The notes under the pieces were generated by a model. That model searched no databases, was not told where the DNA came from, and worked only from the letters and a program-made list of their open reading frames with translations. A program made the translations under genes and the position numbers. From the human T2T-CHM13v2.0 reference genome, Homo sapiens, in assembly GCF_009914755.1 (NCBI RefSeq), contig NC_060935.1: DNA of 64,000 nucleotides. One strand, given 5' to 3'. Each line of letters begins with the position of its first letter. Within the stretch, counting starts at the first letter, position 1. Positions 28,426 to 50,925 of the stretch are shown in pieces.

Positions 28426-31000
28426 TGAACTCCTGACCTCAAGCAATCCGCCTGCCTTGGCCTCCCAAAGTGCTGGGATTACAGGTGTGAGCCACTGCAC
28501 CCGGCTGGAATAAAGTCTTTTTGAAATGCGTCCAATAGGACTTAAAACAAAGGGACTTTTTAAATTTTCTTCCTAGCACTAGAATTTCTATTATCTTTTG
28601 TCCTCTGTACTAAAGCTCCAGTGCCATTCCTTTGCTTTGAAAATTAAGTACTGCAGTACTATCTCCTGGCCACTTGTGGGTCCTTGTTAGACTACCGACT
28701 CTTCTGTTCATCTAAAACGTGAAAGTCACAGATATCCCAGGTAGAGGAAAGTTCCCAAATCTCTGTTTTATTCATCCCCTTACTGTTTCTGTTTTAAACC
28801 CTGGCCATCTGCCTGTTGCCATGTATTCCTTAGTACCTAGCACAGTCCCTGGAATATAGTAGGTGCTCAGTAAATCCGTTGAATAATGAAAATGCTCCCC
28901 TACTCGTCACAAGACAGAACACTCAGGGGACCTCAGAAAACCTACCTGAATATGTAATAGTCTGTAATTTGACCTCTTTTATTAAAGAGCCTCCAGGACA
29001 GTAATTCCCTGTTTAAAGCTTCCCTCTTGATGAGACATTCTTACAGATTGTGGTCCACAGATGACCTGCATCAGAATTGCTTGTGATATTGTTAAAAATA
29101 TAGACTCTCAGAGAGGATTGTAGGAAGATGGCAGAGTAGCAAGCACCAGGAACTTTTCTCCTTACCTAGACAATAATTGCACGGGCAGAATCTGTCTGAT
29201 ACAACTATTTTGGAGTTCAGGAGTCTATTGAAGGCTTGCAAATTTCAGGGACAGCTTGGACAATAAAGTACAGTTAATTTCAGTCAGTTTCAGGCCTTAG
29301 CACAGTAACAGCTTCTCCATTCTTCCCTGCCAACCAAGCCCATGACAAGCAGCTGTGCATATGTTTCCCCGAAAAACTTGCACACAGCTTATAGGAGCCA
29401 GGGTGAGCAAAGAGGAACCTTTCCTCCAAATAATGGGATCCATGCTGTGGTCACTGAGTGCTGCTTCTGATCACAGAAGTACAGACAAAGAGGCAGGTGG
29501 GGCCAGGCACAGTGGGTCATGCCTGTAATCTTAGCACTCTGGGAGGCTGAGGCAGGTGGATTGCTTGAGTCCAGGAGTTTGAGATCAGCCTGGGCAACAT
29601 AGCAAGACCCTGTCTCTACAAAAAATACAAAAATTAGCTGGGTGTGGTGGCATGCACCAATAGTCCCAGCTACGTGGGGGGCAATTCCTTGAGCCCTGGA
29701 GGCTGAGACTGCAGTGATATGTGATCACACCACTGCACTCCAGCCTGGGCAACAGAGTGAGACCCTGTCTCAAAAAAAAAAAAAAAAAAGGCAGGTGGGG
29801 CAGTTGTTGTTGCATCTTCTCCTAATTGTTGCAGGCCTCTTCCCCTCAGCTGAACTGACTTCCAGGGGATTTAAAGGGCTATTGTGGCCGGGTGCAGTGG
29901 CTCATGTCTGTAATCCCAGCACTTTGGGAGGCTGAGGCAGGAGGGTCACTTGAGGTCAGGAGTTTGAGATCAGCCTGGCCAACATGGGGAAACTCCATCT
30001 CTACTAAAAATACAAAAATTAGGCCGGGTGCGGTGGTTGACGCCTGTAATCCCAGCACTTTGGGAGGCCGAGGCGGGCATATCACGAGGTCAGGAGTTCG
30101 AGACCAGCCTGACCAACATGGTGAAACCCCGTCTTTACTAAAAATACAAAAATTAGCTGGGCGTGGTGGTGGGCGCCTGTAATCCCAGCTACTCAGGAGG
30201 CTGAGGCAGGAGAATTGCTTGAACCGGGAGGCAGAGGTTGCAGTGAGCGAAGCTTGTGCCACTGCACTCCAGCCTGGGTGACAGAGCGAGACTCATCTCA
30301 AAAAAAGGTGAGTGGAGGGTGGCTATTGCCCACACCCACCCCCATTTTAGTTTTCTCTTTTCCCCTTTAAGAGCCAGACATTAAAGACTAGCACATTCAG
30401 AATAGGAAGCGACTGCATATGCACATGGACGGTCAGGCTCAGAGAAGACGTAAGAAAACTTAAGTGTATACCTCAGATTGATCCTTGACACAGAGATAGC
30501 CTATAAAAAACAAAACAAAAACAAAACACACAATAATAAAACACAAAAAACCCTGGGGAAGGGAGAGAATTGGATTTCAAGAGTTACCACATTATTAAAT
30601 TCAAATGTCCAATTTTCAACAAAAAATCATAAGGCATACGAAGAAAAAGGAAAGTATGGCCCATTCAAAGGAAAAAAATCAACAGAAAATGTCTTTGAAA
30701 AAGTCCTGATTGTGGATCTAATAGACAAAGATTTTTAAATAGCTGTCTTAAAGATGCTCAGAAAACTAAGGAATATGTGGAGGAAGTCAAGGAAGTAATG
30801 TATGAACAAAATGGAAATATCAATAAAGAGACAGAAAACCTTAAAAGGAAATTCTGGAGCTGAAAAGTACAATAATTAAAATGAAAACTTAGATTCAAAG
30901 GCAGATTTGAACAAGCAAAAGAATCAGCAAAGATAGGACAATGGAGATTATTAAGTCTAAGGAACAGAATGACAAAAATTGAAGAAAAGTGAACATAGCT

Positions 31001-31661
<661 letters not shown>

Positions 31662-33223
31662 GCCTAAAGGAACATTTTGACACCACTAAGCAGACCAACA
31701 TACACATTATAGAAGTACCAGAAGGAAAATAGAAAGGAGCAGAGAGAATATATATTTGATCAAATAATGGCTGAAAATTTCCCAAATTTGATGAAAGACA
31801 GGAGTATAAACATCCAAACAGCTCAATGAACTCCAAGTAAGATGAACTCAGAGACCCTCACCAAGACACATTATAATCAAACTTTCAAAAGCCAAAGACA
31901 AACTCTTGAAAGCATCAAGAGAGAAATGACTAAATGATTCATTACATAAAGGTATCCTCAGTAAAATTATGAACGAATTTCTCATCAGAAACTTTGGAGG
32001 CCAGGAGGCAGTGAGCCAGTGTATTCAAAGTGCTAAAAGGAAAACAAAACAAAACTGTCAACCAAGCATCCTATATCTGGCAAAACTGTCCTTCAAAAGG
32101 GGCGAGAGATTAAGACATTCTCAGAAAAACAAAAGCTAAGGAAACTTGTTACCACTGGACCTGCCTTGTAAGAAATGCTCAGGAGAGTCTGCAAGGTGAA
32201 ATGAAAGGACATTAGATTGTAACTTGAAGCCATATGAAGAAATATCTCGATAAAGGTAAATACATGGGTAATTGTAAGAGCTAGTATTATCTTAACAATG
32301 GCTTTTAACTCCTTTTTGTTTTCTCCATAGTTTAAGAGACGAGCATATTTTTTAAAAGACAGTTGTTAGCCTAAAATCTAATACTGAAACTTTGAGTGTA
32401 GCCCCACATTTTATTTTGTACATAATTTGAGAGATCAATACATTTAAAATAATTAGTAGAACGGGGTATAGTGGTATATGCCTGTAATCCCAGCTACTCA
32501 GTAGGCTGAGGTGGGAGGATTGCTTGAACCCAGGAATTCAAGACCAGCCTGGGCAACATAGCAAAGACCCATTTCTTCCACCCCATGAATGAATGAATGA
32601 GTTATTAATTTAAGTTTAAGGGCAAAAGCTAATAACTAATAGGGGCACAGTATATAAGGATGTGGTTTTGTGACATCAGTAACCAAAAGGGGTAGAGACA
32701 GAGCTGTAAAGGAGCAGATTCTTTGAATAGTAGTGAAGTCAAACTGGTATTAATTAAAAATAGAATTTAACTTCAGGATATTAGATGTAATCCCTATGAT
32801 AACCATAAAGACAAGATCTATAGTATATATACAGAAGGAAATGAGAAAGGAATTTACACATTTCACCAAATAAATGTATCTAAGTACAAAAGAAAACAGT
32901 AATTTAGGAAAATGAGGAACAAAGCTATAAGGATATAGAAGTCAAATACCAAAATGACAGAAGTATGTTCCTCCTTACAAGTACTTTAAATATAAGTGGA
33001 TTAAATTCCCCAATCAAAAGACAAGAAATTGGCAGAATGGATAAAAATGGCATGACACAACTATATGCTGTCCACAAGAGACTCACTAAAGATCCAAAAG
33101 ACAGAAATAGATTGAAAGTGAAAGGATGGAAAAAGCTATTCCATGCAAACAGTAACCAAAAGAGCAGGGGTAGCTATACTTATATCAGATAAAACAGACA
33201 TTTATTAATTTATTTAATTGATT

Positions 33224-33262
<39 letters not shown>

Positions 33263-33968
33263 TTTTGAGATGACGTCTTGCTCTGTTGCCAAGGCTGGTG
33301 TGCAGTGGTGCAGTCTCGACTCACTGCAACCTCTGTCTCCTGGTTCAAGCGATTCTCCTGCCTCAGCCTCCCAAGTAGCTGGATTTACAGGTGCCCGCCA
33401 CCACGCCCGGCTAAATTTTGTATTTTTAGTAGAGACGGGGTTTTGCCATGTTGGCCAGGCTGGTCACAAACTCCCAGCCTCAAGCGATCTGCCCACCTGG
33501 GCCTTCCAAGGTGCTGGGGATTATAGGCGTGAGCCATGGCACCGGGCCCTAAAACAGACCTTAAATCAAAGAATGGTTCCAAGAGGGGCCTGGTATGGTG
33601 CCTCACACCTAAAATCCCAGCACTTTGGGAGGCTGAGGCAGGACTGCTTGAAGCCAGGAATTCAGAGACCAGCCTGGGCAACATACCAAGACCTCATGTC
33701 TATAAAAAAAATAATAATAGTAATTTTAAAAGTTGGCTGGGCATGGTGTTGCATGCCTGTGCTCCTAGCCACTTGGAAGGCTTGAGCCCAGGAGTTTGAG
33801 GCTGTTCTGATCACACCACTGTAGTCCAGCCTGGGTGACAGAGCCAAGACCCTGTGTCTTGAAAGAAAGAGGCTGGGCGCAGTGACTCACGCTTGTAATC
33901 CCAGCACTTGCCTTGGGAGGCCGAGGCAGGCAGATCACAAGGTCAGGAGATCGAGACCATCCTGGCTA

Positions 33969-34346
<378 letters not shown>

Positions 34347-35758
34347 CTAAGCTACTCAGGAAGCTGAGGTGGGAGTGTCACTTGAGCCTGGCAGGTCAAA
34401 GCTGCAGTGACCTGAGATTGTGCCACTTCACTCCAGCCTGGGTGACAGAGCAAGACACTGTCTCAAAAAAAAAAAAAAAAAAAATGTTTCAAGAGGCAAA
34501 GACATATATTAATTAAAGGTTTAACTATAGCAAGAAGATATAACAATTACAAACATTTATGTACCTAACGACAGACCATCAGTATACCCAAAGGAAAACC
34601 TGACAGAACTGAAGGGAGAAGTAGACATTTCTATACAGTAATACCTGGAGACTTCAGTACCCCCTCTCAATAATGGATAGAACAACCAGACAGAAAATAA
34701 GTAAGGAAATAGTGGACTTAACACAGTAAACCAACTAGATCTCACAGACACAGACAGAATCCTACCTAACAGCAATAGCATACACATTCTTTTCAAGTGT
34801 ATGTAGGACATTTTCCAGGATACACCATATGTTAGGCTACAGATTAAATATCAGTGGATTTAAAAAATAGATATCAAAGTATCTTCTCCAACCACAATGG
34901 GATGAAGTTAAAAATCAATAACAGGTAAAACTGGAAAGGTCACAAAATTGTGGAATTTAACAATCAGTGAATCAAAGAAGAAATCACATGGAAATTAGAA
35001 AATACTTATAGATGAATGAACACAACACAGCCTACCAAAACTTATAGGGATCAGTGAAAGCAACATTAAAGGAGAAATTTGTAGCTATAAATGCTTTGAT
35101 TATAAAACACGGAATCACTGATTGCAGTAGCATGTGCCTATAGTTCCAGCTACTTGGGAGACTGAGGCAGGAGGATTGCTTGAGCCCAGGATTTTGAGGC
35201 CAGCTTGGGCAACATAGCAAGACCTTATCTCGGCCGGGCGAGGTGGCTCACGCCTGTAATCCTAGCACTTTGGCAGGCTGAGGCCGGTGGATCACCTGAG
35301 GTCAGGAGTTCGAGACCAGCCTGGTCAACATGGCGAAACCCCATCTCTACTAAAAATACAAACATTAGCCAGGCATGATGGTGGACACCTGTAGTCCCAG
35401 CTACTCGGGAGGCTGAGGCAGGAGAATCACTTGAACCTGGGAAGCGGAGGTTGCAGTGAGCCAAGATCGCACATTGCACTCCAGCCGGGGCAACAAAGTG
35501 AGACTCTGTGTCAAAAAACAAACAAACACCAGTCTCTTTAACAAAAGAAGAGAAACTTAAAATCAACAACCTAACCTTACAACTTAAATAACTAGAAAAA
35601 GGACAAACTAAACCTAAAGCTAAAGGAAGTAATAAAGATTAGAGATAAATGAAATAAAGAATAGAAAAACAATAGAGAAAAGTCAAAGAAACCAAAAGGT
35701 GGTTCTTCTTTGAAAAGATAAACAAAATTGACAAAGCTTTATTTAGCCAGATGGACTA

Positions 35759-35974
<216 letters not shown>

Positions 35975-36661
35975 TCAGGAGGCTGAGGCAGGAGAATGGC
36001 TTGAACCTAGGAAGCAGAGGTTGCAGCGAGCCAAGATTGCACCACTGCACTCCAGCCTGGGTGACAAGAGCAAACCTCCGACTCAAAAAAAGAAAGTGAA
36101 AGTGAGGACATTACTTCCAATTCTGTAGAAATAAAAAGGATTGTAAGAGAATACTATGCGTGGTGGCTCATTCCAGTAATCCTAGCACTTTGGGAAGCCA
36201 AGGTGGGTGCATTGCCTGAGCTCAGGAGTTTGAGACCATCCTGGGCAACATGGTGAAACCCTGTCTCTACTGAAAATACAAAAACTGAGCTGGACATGGT
36301 TGCATGTTCCTGTAATCCCAGCTACTCAGGAGGCTGAGTCATGAGAATCGCTTGAACTGAGGAGGCGGAGGTTACAGTGAGCCCAGATTGTGCCATTGTA
36401 CTCCAGCCTAGGCAACAGAGCGAGACTCTTTAAAAAAAAAAATACTACGAACAATTGTTCATCAATAAATTGGATAACCTAGATGAAGTGTACAAATTTC
36501 TAGAAACACAAAACTTGTTAAGACTAAATCACTAAGAAATAGAAAATTTGAATAGAACTATATTGTAGTTAGTGAGGAGATTGAGTCAATATTCAAAAAT
36601 CTCCCAACGAAGAAAAGGCTGGGCCTGATGGCTTTGGTGGTGAATTCTACCAAACATTTAA

Positions 36662-36844
<183 letters not shown>

Positions 36845-37639
36845 TAGCTGGGATTATGCCCGGCTAATTTTTTGTATTTTAGTAGAGATGGGGTTTCACC
36901 ATGTTGGCCAGGATGGTCTCGATCTCCTGACCTCGTGATCTGCTCGCCTCGGCCTCCCAAAGTGCTGAGATAACAGGCGTGAGCCACTGCGCCCGACCAA
37001 GGGAACACTTCTTAAGTCTTTCTGTGAGGCCAGCATTACCCTGATACCAAAGCGAGACAAAGACAGTACAAGAAAACTACAAATCAATATCCTTTTTGAA
37101 CAATGATGTAAAACTCCTCAACAAAATACTTGCATACTAAATTCAGCAGCATATTAAAAGGATTATACACCATGACCAAGTGGGATTTATTCCTGGAATA
37201 GATGATTTGACATGTGAAAATCAATCAATATAAATTTCATTAACAGTGAAGGAGGAAAAAAGTTACATGATCATCTCAATTGACACAGAGAAGGTATTTG
37301 ACAAAATTCAACACCTTTTCATGATAAAAACACTTAACAAACTAGAAATAAAAGGAAACTACCTTAACATAATAAAAGCTTTATATGAAAAACCCTCAGT
37401 AAATATCATACTCAGTGGTGAAACACCAAAAGCATTTAAGATCAGGAACAGCGTAAAGGCGCCTGCTTTTACTGCCTCTATTCAATGTAGCACTGGAAGT
37501 CCTAACAGAGCAATTAGGCAAAAAAAGGAAAGAAAAGGCATACAAATTGTAAAGGAAGAAGTAAAGTCACCTCTGTTGGCAGATGATATGACTTTTTTAT
37601 TTGTTATTAGTATTTTTCTTTGGTTCCTTCTATCATGTG

Positions 37640-39080
<1,441 letters not shown>

Positions 39081-39414
39081 TATTTAAATTTTTTAAACTT
39101 TCATGTTCCCTTTTATTCTGTTATCACTTTCTCATAGTGATTAATAGTAGAAACTCTAGTTTTAAAAGTTAATACACATAAAGTGCTCAGAAGAGTCACA
39201 GCCATGTTGTTGGAGACAGTATTATTTTTATCCTTTTAAATACGTATATATTGGCTGGGCATGGTGGCTCACGCCTGTAATCCCGGCACTTTGGGAGGCT
39301 GAGGCAGACAGATCACCTGAGGTCGGGAGTTCGAGACCAGCCTGACCAACATGGCAAAACGCCGTATCTACTAAAAATACAAAAATTAGCCAGGCATGGT
39401 GGCAGGCGCCTCTA

Positions 39415-39600
<186 letters not shown>

Positions 39601-40852
39601 CTAGCCCCAGGCCTCAAGCTGTCCTCCTGTCTTGGCCTCCCAAATTGCTGAGATTATAGGCGTAATCTCACTGCACCTGTCCACCATTTTAGATACTAAT
39701 CTTGCCAAAGTTATTTTTAAAATTTAATCTCATTTCTTTGAGTGTTTCTACTTATATTTTCTAATCTTTTATGATAAATTATTTCAGCAATTTTAGCATT
39801 CATGACTTTAATCCTTTTGTTTCTTTTCTAGTATTAGTTTAAAATGTTCCATTTCTGTTCTCTTTGTGTATCTCAGTTCTTGCTTCAATGACAGCAAATA
39901 AAAATCCTGGTCTTGTGGAACAGCTGAGTAGTACATCCTTTCCCAAACTGGGGGAGGGTGGTTGCTTTACCCCCAGCTGTCCCAGCAGCTGCTCAGCCAG
40001 ATTCCCAGATCTAGCATCTTTCAAAACATCTCAACCTTGGTAACTCAGATAAAAGTCTTTCTGAGGCGTAGGTCCTCCTGTGTCAATGGCACATCTGAAT
40101 TACTAACAACGTGTTCTTTTCTTAAGTTATGTTATCTAGTCAGTTGATCAGGAGTTATATATACTGTGGACCCTGAAAACATTATCCCTGCATTATTGAG
40201 TAAATCATGTAAATACTGCGAGAAGGTAAAAAACACCACAAAAGCAATGTGGCATAACACTTTGTGCATTACATAGGCACCCAATACATATTGGTGATTG
40301 CCTAGTAAAAAATAGAGGGCTCTCAGTGCTGCTTACCTGCCTCTAATAAAAATGTAGGTGGTATTAAACCACAAGCTAGACCATCAGGAAGGAGGTACAA
40401 GGATAGATCCACAACCTGCTCTTGGCCTTTATCTCAGCAAGCTACCTGGCTTCTGTACTCCTACTTTGATTCACCTGCTGTTGCAGCAGGGTTTTAGGAG
40501 GATCCTATTTGTGTATCTAAGATTCAACATTCATGAAGGAGCAGAAATACTTGGATTTGCCTCTTAGCTCTTGGAGCTGGAGAGTGGATGACTTCCTGCA
40601 AGGCACGATTTTTGGATTGGCTTCTCAATTATTACAGGAATCCTCAACTTTTAGAATTGCCAGCCTATTCATCTGATCTTGAAAGTGTACAAACTTACCT
40701 TCAAACAGTGTAGAATATATGCAATTCTGGACCTAGACAGAGGCAATAACCTAAAGACATTTGCAGCTCATTTCTTGTCAGAACCCATTGAGAATAGTGG
40801 TATTGATGGAAGACTGTCAAGCCCATCCAGTTCTCTAGTCTAAATAGTCTCA

Positions 40853-41080
<228 letters not shown>

Positions 41081-41178
41081 TTAATACAGCAATATTCTTC
41101 AAGGTGGTTGGATTGCTGGTGATTTTTATTTTCTTTTTAAACTCTTCTATTTTCCAAATTTTATGCCATGGGACTGTG

Positions 41179-41985
41179 TTCTAAACTGTCCAGTATGAAG
41201 AAAACAAAGAGCTCTGTTACTATAAAGAAAATGGTTTTCAGGTCTCTATTCAGTGGCTCTGGTGTAATAGAGCTGTATCAAGTCTTTCTTTGCAAAACTC
41301 TTTATTTCCTTTTATTTTTATTAGTTGTTCATGCTCTATGCAGTCTGTATAACCTTGGGTTTTAAATTCTTCAAGCAAATTGCAGTTTTCTGTTAGAACT
41401 TTAGTTATATTGTACTTATATTCAGTAAAGAAAATACTTAACATAAGCCAACAATTGTCAGCTTGTCCTAATTTAGTTAGAATTGTTAATATTGCCTGTG
41501 TATTTACCCAGTTCAAAGCTGGTTCCGTTGCCAGTATTTTATTTTCTATTTTATAACCAGTTCTCAATAGGCTCCAATAAGGAATAATTTTTCTACCACT
41601 TACAGCAACTTTCTTTGCCAAATCCACAGTATCTTCTATCAACTCAAGATGTTGTGATTTCTTCAAACTTATCTCAGAACCACAAGAATTGCTAAATTTC
41701 TCTCACTTAGATGTAATCTTTTTATTGCGTACCCACCCCATCCCAGTTAAGCTGAGTCACACGAACATAATTGTCGGTCATAAATTGAGGAGCAACGACA
41801 TAGTCACCCATATTAGGGCAATTTTCTAACAAGACATAATCCACTACAGTGAAACTTTCTTTGGCAAAATCATCCATGGTGCACGAGCAGGGGCTTGCAG
41901 CCCATGAGCCTCAGATGCAGGCTACCACTGCTGCCACCTCCAGTTCTTCATGTCAGCCAGATGGCAGGAGGGAGCAAGTGGGCCT
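41179..41985 (-). pseudogene. Processed pseudogene of the TTC3 5' region (TPR/RING E3 ligase), antisense to KDM2A
   Basis: The minus strand from ATG at 41877 reads MDDFAKESFTVVDYVLLENCP...YVRVTQLNWDGVGTQ*KDYI, then KKSQHLELIEDTVDLAKKVA...DNCWLMLSIFFTEYKYNITK...[13 protein letters not shown]. This matches recalled TTC3 (MDNFAEGDFTVADYALLEDCP...NRALCFLRTGQFR). It is intronless, with a stop at 41722-41724, frameshifts and a GC-rich 5' UTR remnant up to ~41985. Confidence 0.9.
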
Positions 41986-43470
41986 ATTACAGTTTTAAGA
42001 GATGAGGTCTCACTGTGTTGCCCAAGCTGGCCTTGAAATCCTGGACTCAAGCGATCTTCCTGCTTTAACCTCTTGCATAGCTGGGACTGCAAGCATGAGC
42101 CACAGTGCTTGGCTGAATGATAATTCATAGTAGCTAAAATGTAGCAACCTAAATGTCCATCAGCAGTGAATACTTTAGCATAATGTGCTATTTCCATTCA
42201 CTGGATTATTATTTAGCCTTAAAAAGGAAGGAAATTCTGATATATACTACACATTACATGAATCCTAAGGACTTATGCTAAGTGAAATAACCCAGCCACA
42301 AAAATATAAATACTGTGTAATTCCACTGACATGAAGTATATAGAGTAACCAAAATCATGGAGACAAAATAGAATAGTGGTTACTGGGAAGAAGGGCAATG
42401 GGGACTTAAAACGGCCATAGTTTCAGTTTTATAAGATGAACAGAGTTATGGAGATGGATGGTGGTAATGGTTGCACAACATTGTGAATATATTTAATAAC
42501 ACTGAACTGTGCTCCTAAAAATGGTTAAGATAGAACATTTTATGTTTTTTGTATTTTACTACCATTTTTTACAAGTTGAAAAAAAAATAGACTCCTGGAT
42601 ATAGTATTCAAATTTCTGAGCTATGCAAATATGTAAGATCTTATTCAGTCATCAGTCTTCGGTTTTCTTCCCACTTCCTTACCACTTTTCCTTTCCTCGG
42701 TAATCTTCTTACTGCTAATAATGATCTTTGGAAGCCCTTTGTAACCTTGTATTTTCTAAATAAACCCAAGGGTGAACACAAATAACTTTGCTGTGATTTA
42801 AAATAAAATAGCAATTATATCTAACCTAACAGACCTTATCAGAAATAAACTTTTTTTTTTTTTTTGAGACAGGGTATTGCTTTGTCACCCAGGCTGGAGT
42901 GCAGTGGGGCAATCATGCCTCCCTGCAGCCTTGACTTCCTGGGCTCAAGCGATCCTCCCACCTCAGCTTCCTGAGTAGCTGGGACCACAGGTGGGCACCA
43001 CCATGCCCAGATAATTTTTGTATTTTTTTTGTAGAGATGGGATTTTGCCATGTTGCCCAGGCTGGTCTTGGAACTCCTGAGCTCAAGCAGTCAGCCCGCC
43101 TCGGCCCCACCAAAGTGTTGGGATTACAGGCGTGAGCCACTCTGCCCAGCCAGTGACTAACTTTCTATCCAGGTTTTTTAAAGTCTGGGTGTTTTTTTGT
43201 TTCTTGGATAGCTAATCATTGGCAAAATGCAGTGAAAAAGCTGATCCAGCTCTTCTTTTCAGCCTGTGGTGGAATGTTACTTCTTCAGTGTCAGTTTATG
43301 TCTCAGAAAGAAGTAAGCCATTCTGTCTTGTAAACTTTCTGTGATAGGATGTATTTGGTTGAGAATATGGACTCTGTAGCAAAACTGTCCTGAGCTACAC
43401 TAATTACTAGCTGTGTAATCTTGGACAAGTTACTTAAATGTGAAGTGCTTAGAACAGTGTCTGGCATATA

Positions 43471-43873
43471 CAGTTGACCCTTGAACAATGCAACGGCTAG
43501 AGGCACCAACCCCCAGCAAGTCAGAAATCTACATATAAATTGGAATTCCTCAGAAACTTAACTACCAATAACCTACTGTTTACTGGATGCCTTATGGATA
43601 ATGTAAACAGTTGATTAACATATTTTATGTTATACATATTATATACTGTATTCTTACAATAAAGTAAGATAAAAAATTCCTTAAATCATAAAAGAACATT
43701 TGTTTACTATTAAGATTGAAAATATATTTACTATCTTTTCATCTTCATGATGAGTAGGCTAAGGAGGAAGAGGTGGGATTGCTTTTGCTGTCTCAGGAGT
43801 GGCAGGGATGGAAGAAAATTCATGTATAAGTGAACCCATGTAGTTCAAACCAGTGTTGTTCAAGGATCAACTG
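43471..43873 (-). mobile_element. Tigger2a/MER28-like DNA transposon inserted in a MIR
   Basis: TIRs cagttgacccttgaacaa / ttgttcaaggatcaactg (17/18 match), preceded by TA. MIR sequence flanks both sides. Confidence 0.85.
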
Positions 43874-43952
43874 TGCTGAGTTCTCAGTAAATGTTAGCTA
43901 TTACTTTGACCATCACAATTTTATCTAAGTGCTCTGGTCCATACCCAGAGTA

Positions 43953-49063
<5,111 letters not shown>

Positions 49064-49088
49064 TACTAAGTAGTCTGAAAATACAAAA

Positions 49089-49233
49089 TAGTCTAGTAAT
49101 AAATAGTCTATAATAAATATATTAATATAATTATATTTATTAATTATCTATTAATAATTATTAATATATATTAATATATTTTTATATAATATATAATATA
49201 AAATATATAATAAATAAGTAGTCTAGTAATAAA
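49089..49233. repeat. AT-rich low-complexity tract bracketed by the direct repeat tagtctagtaataaa
   Basis: More than 90% A/T over ~110 bp. Confidence 0.85.
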
Positions 49234-49418
49234 AGAATACCAGCCTGGGCAACATAGTGAAACCTTGTCTTTACCAAAAATACAAAAAATTAACTGGGTA
49301 TGGTGGCATGCACTGTAGTCCCAGCTACTCAGGAGGCTGAGGTGGGAGGATCACTTGAGCCTGGGAGGCAGAGGTTGCATTGAGTCTAGATTGTGCCACT
49401 GCACTCCAGCCTGGGTGA

Positions 49419-49721
<303 letters not shown>

Positions 49722-49819
49722 TGATCTGCCCGCCTCGGCCTCCCAAAGTGCTGAGATTACAGGCGTGAGTCACCACACCTGGCCTCCCCTACATTCTTGA
49801 AGGAAAGCATTTACTTGTT

Positions 49820-50925
<1,106 letters not shown>

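Noticed and set aside
41250-41666. 138-aa open frame in the TTC3 retrocopy as a functional retrogene
   Set aside because: It starts at TTG, not ATG. The true ATG frame hits a stop at 41722-41724, and the region carries frameshifts.
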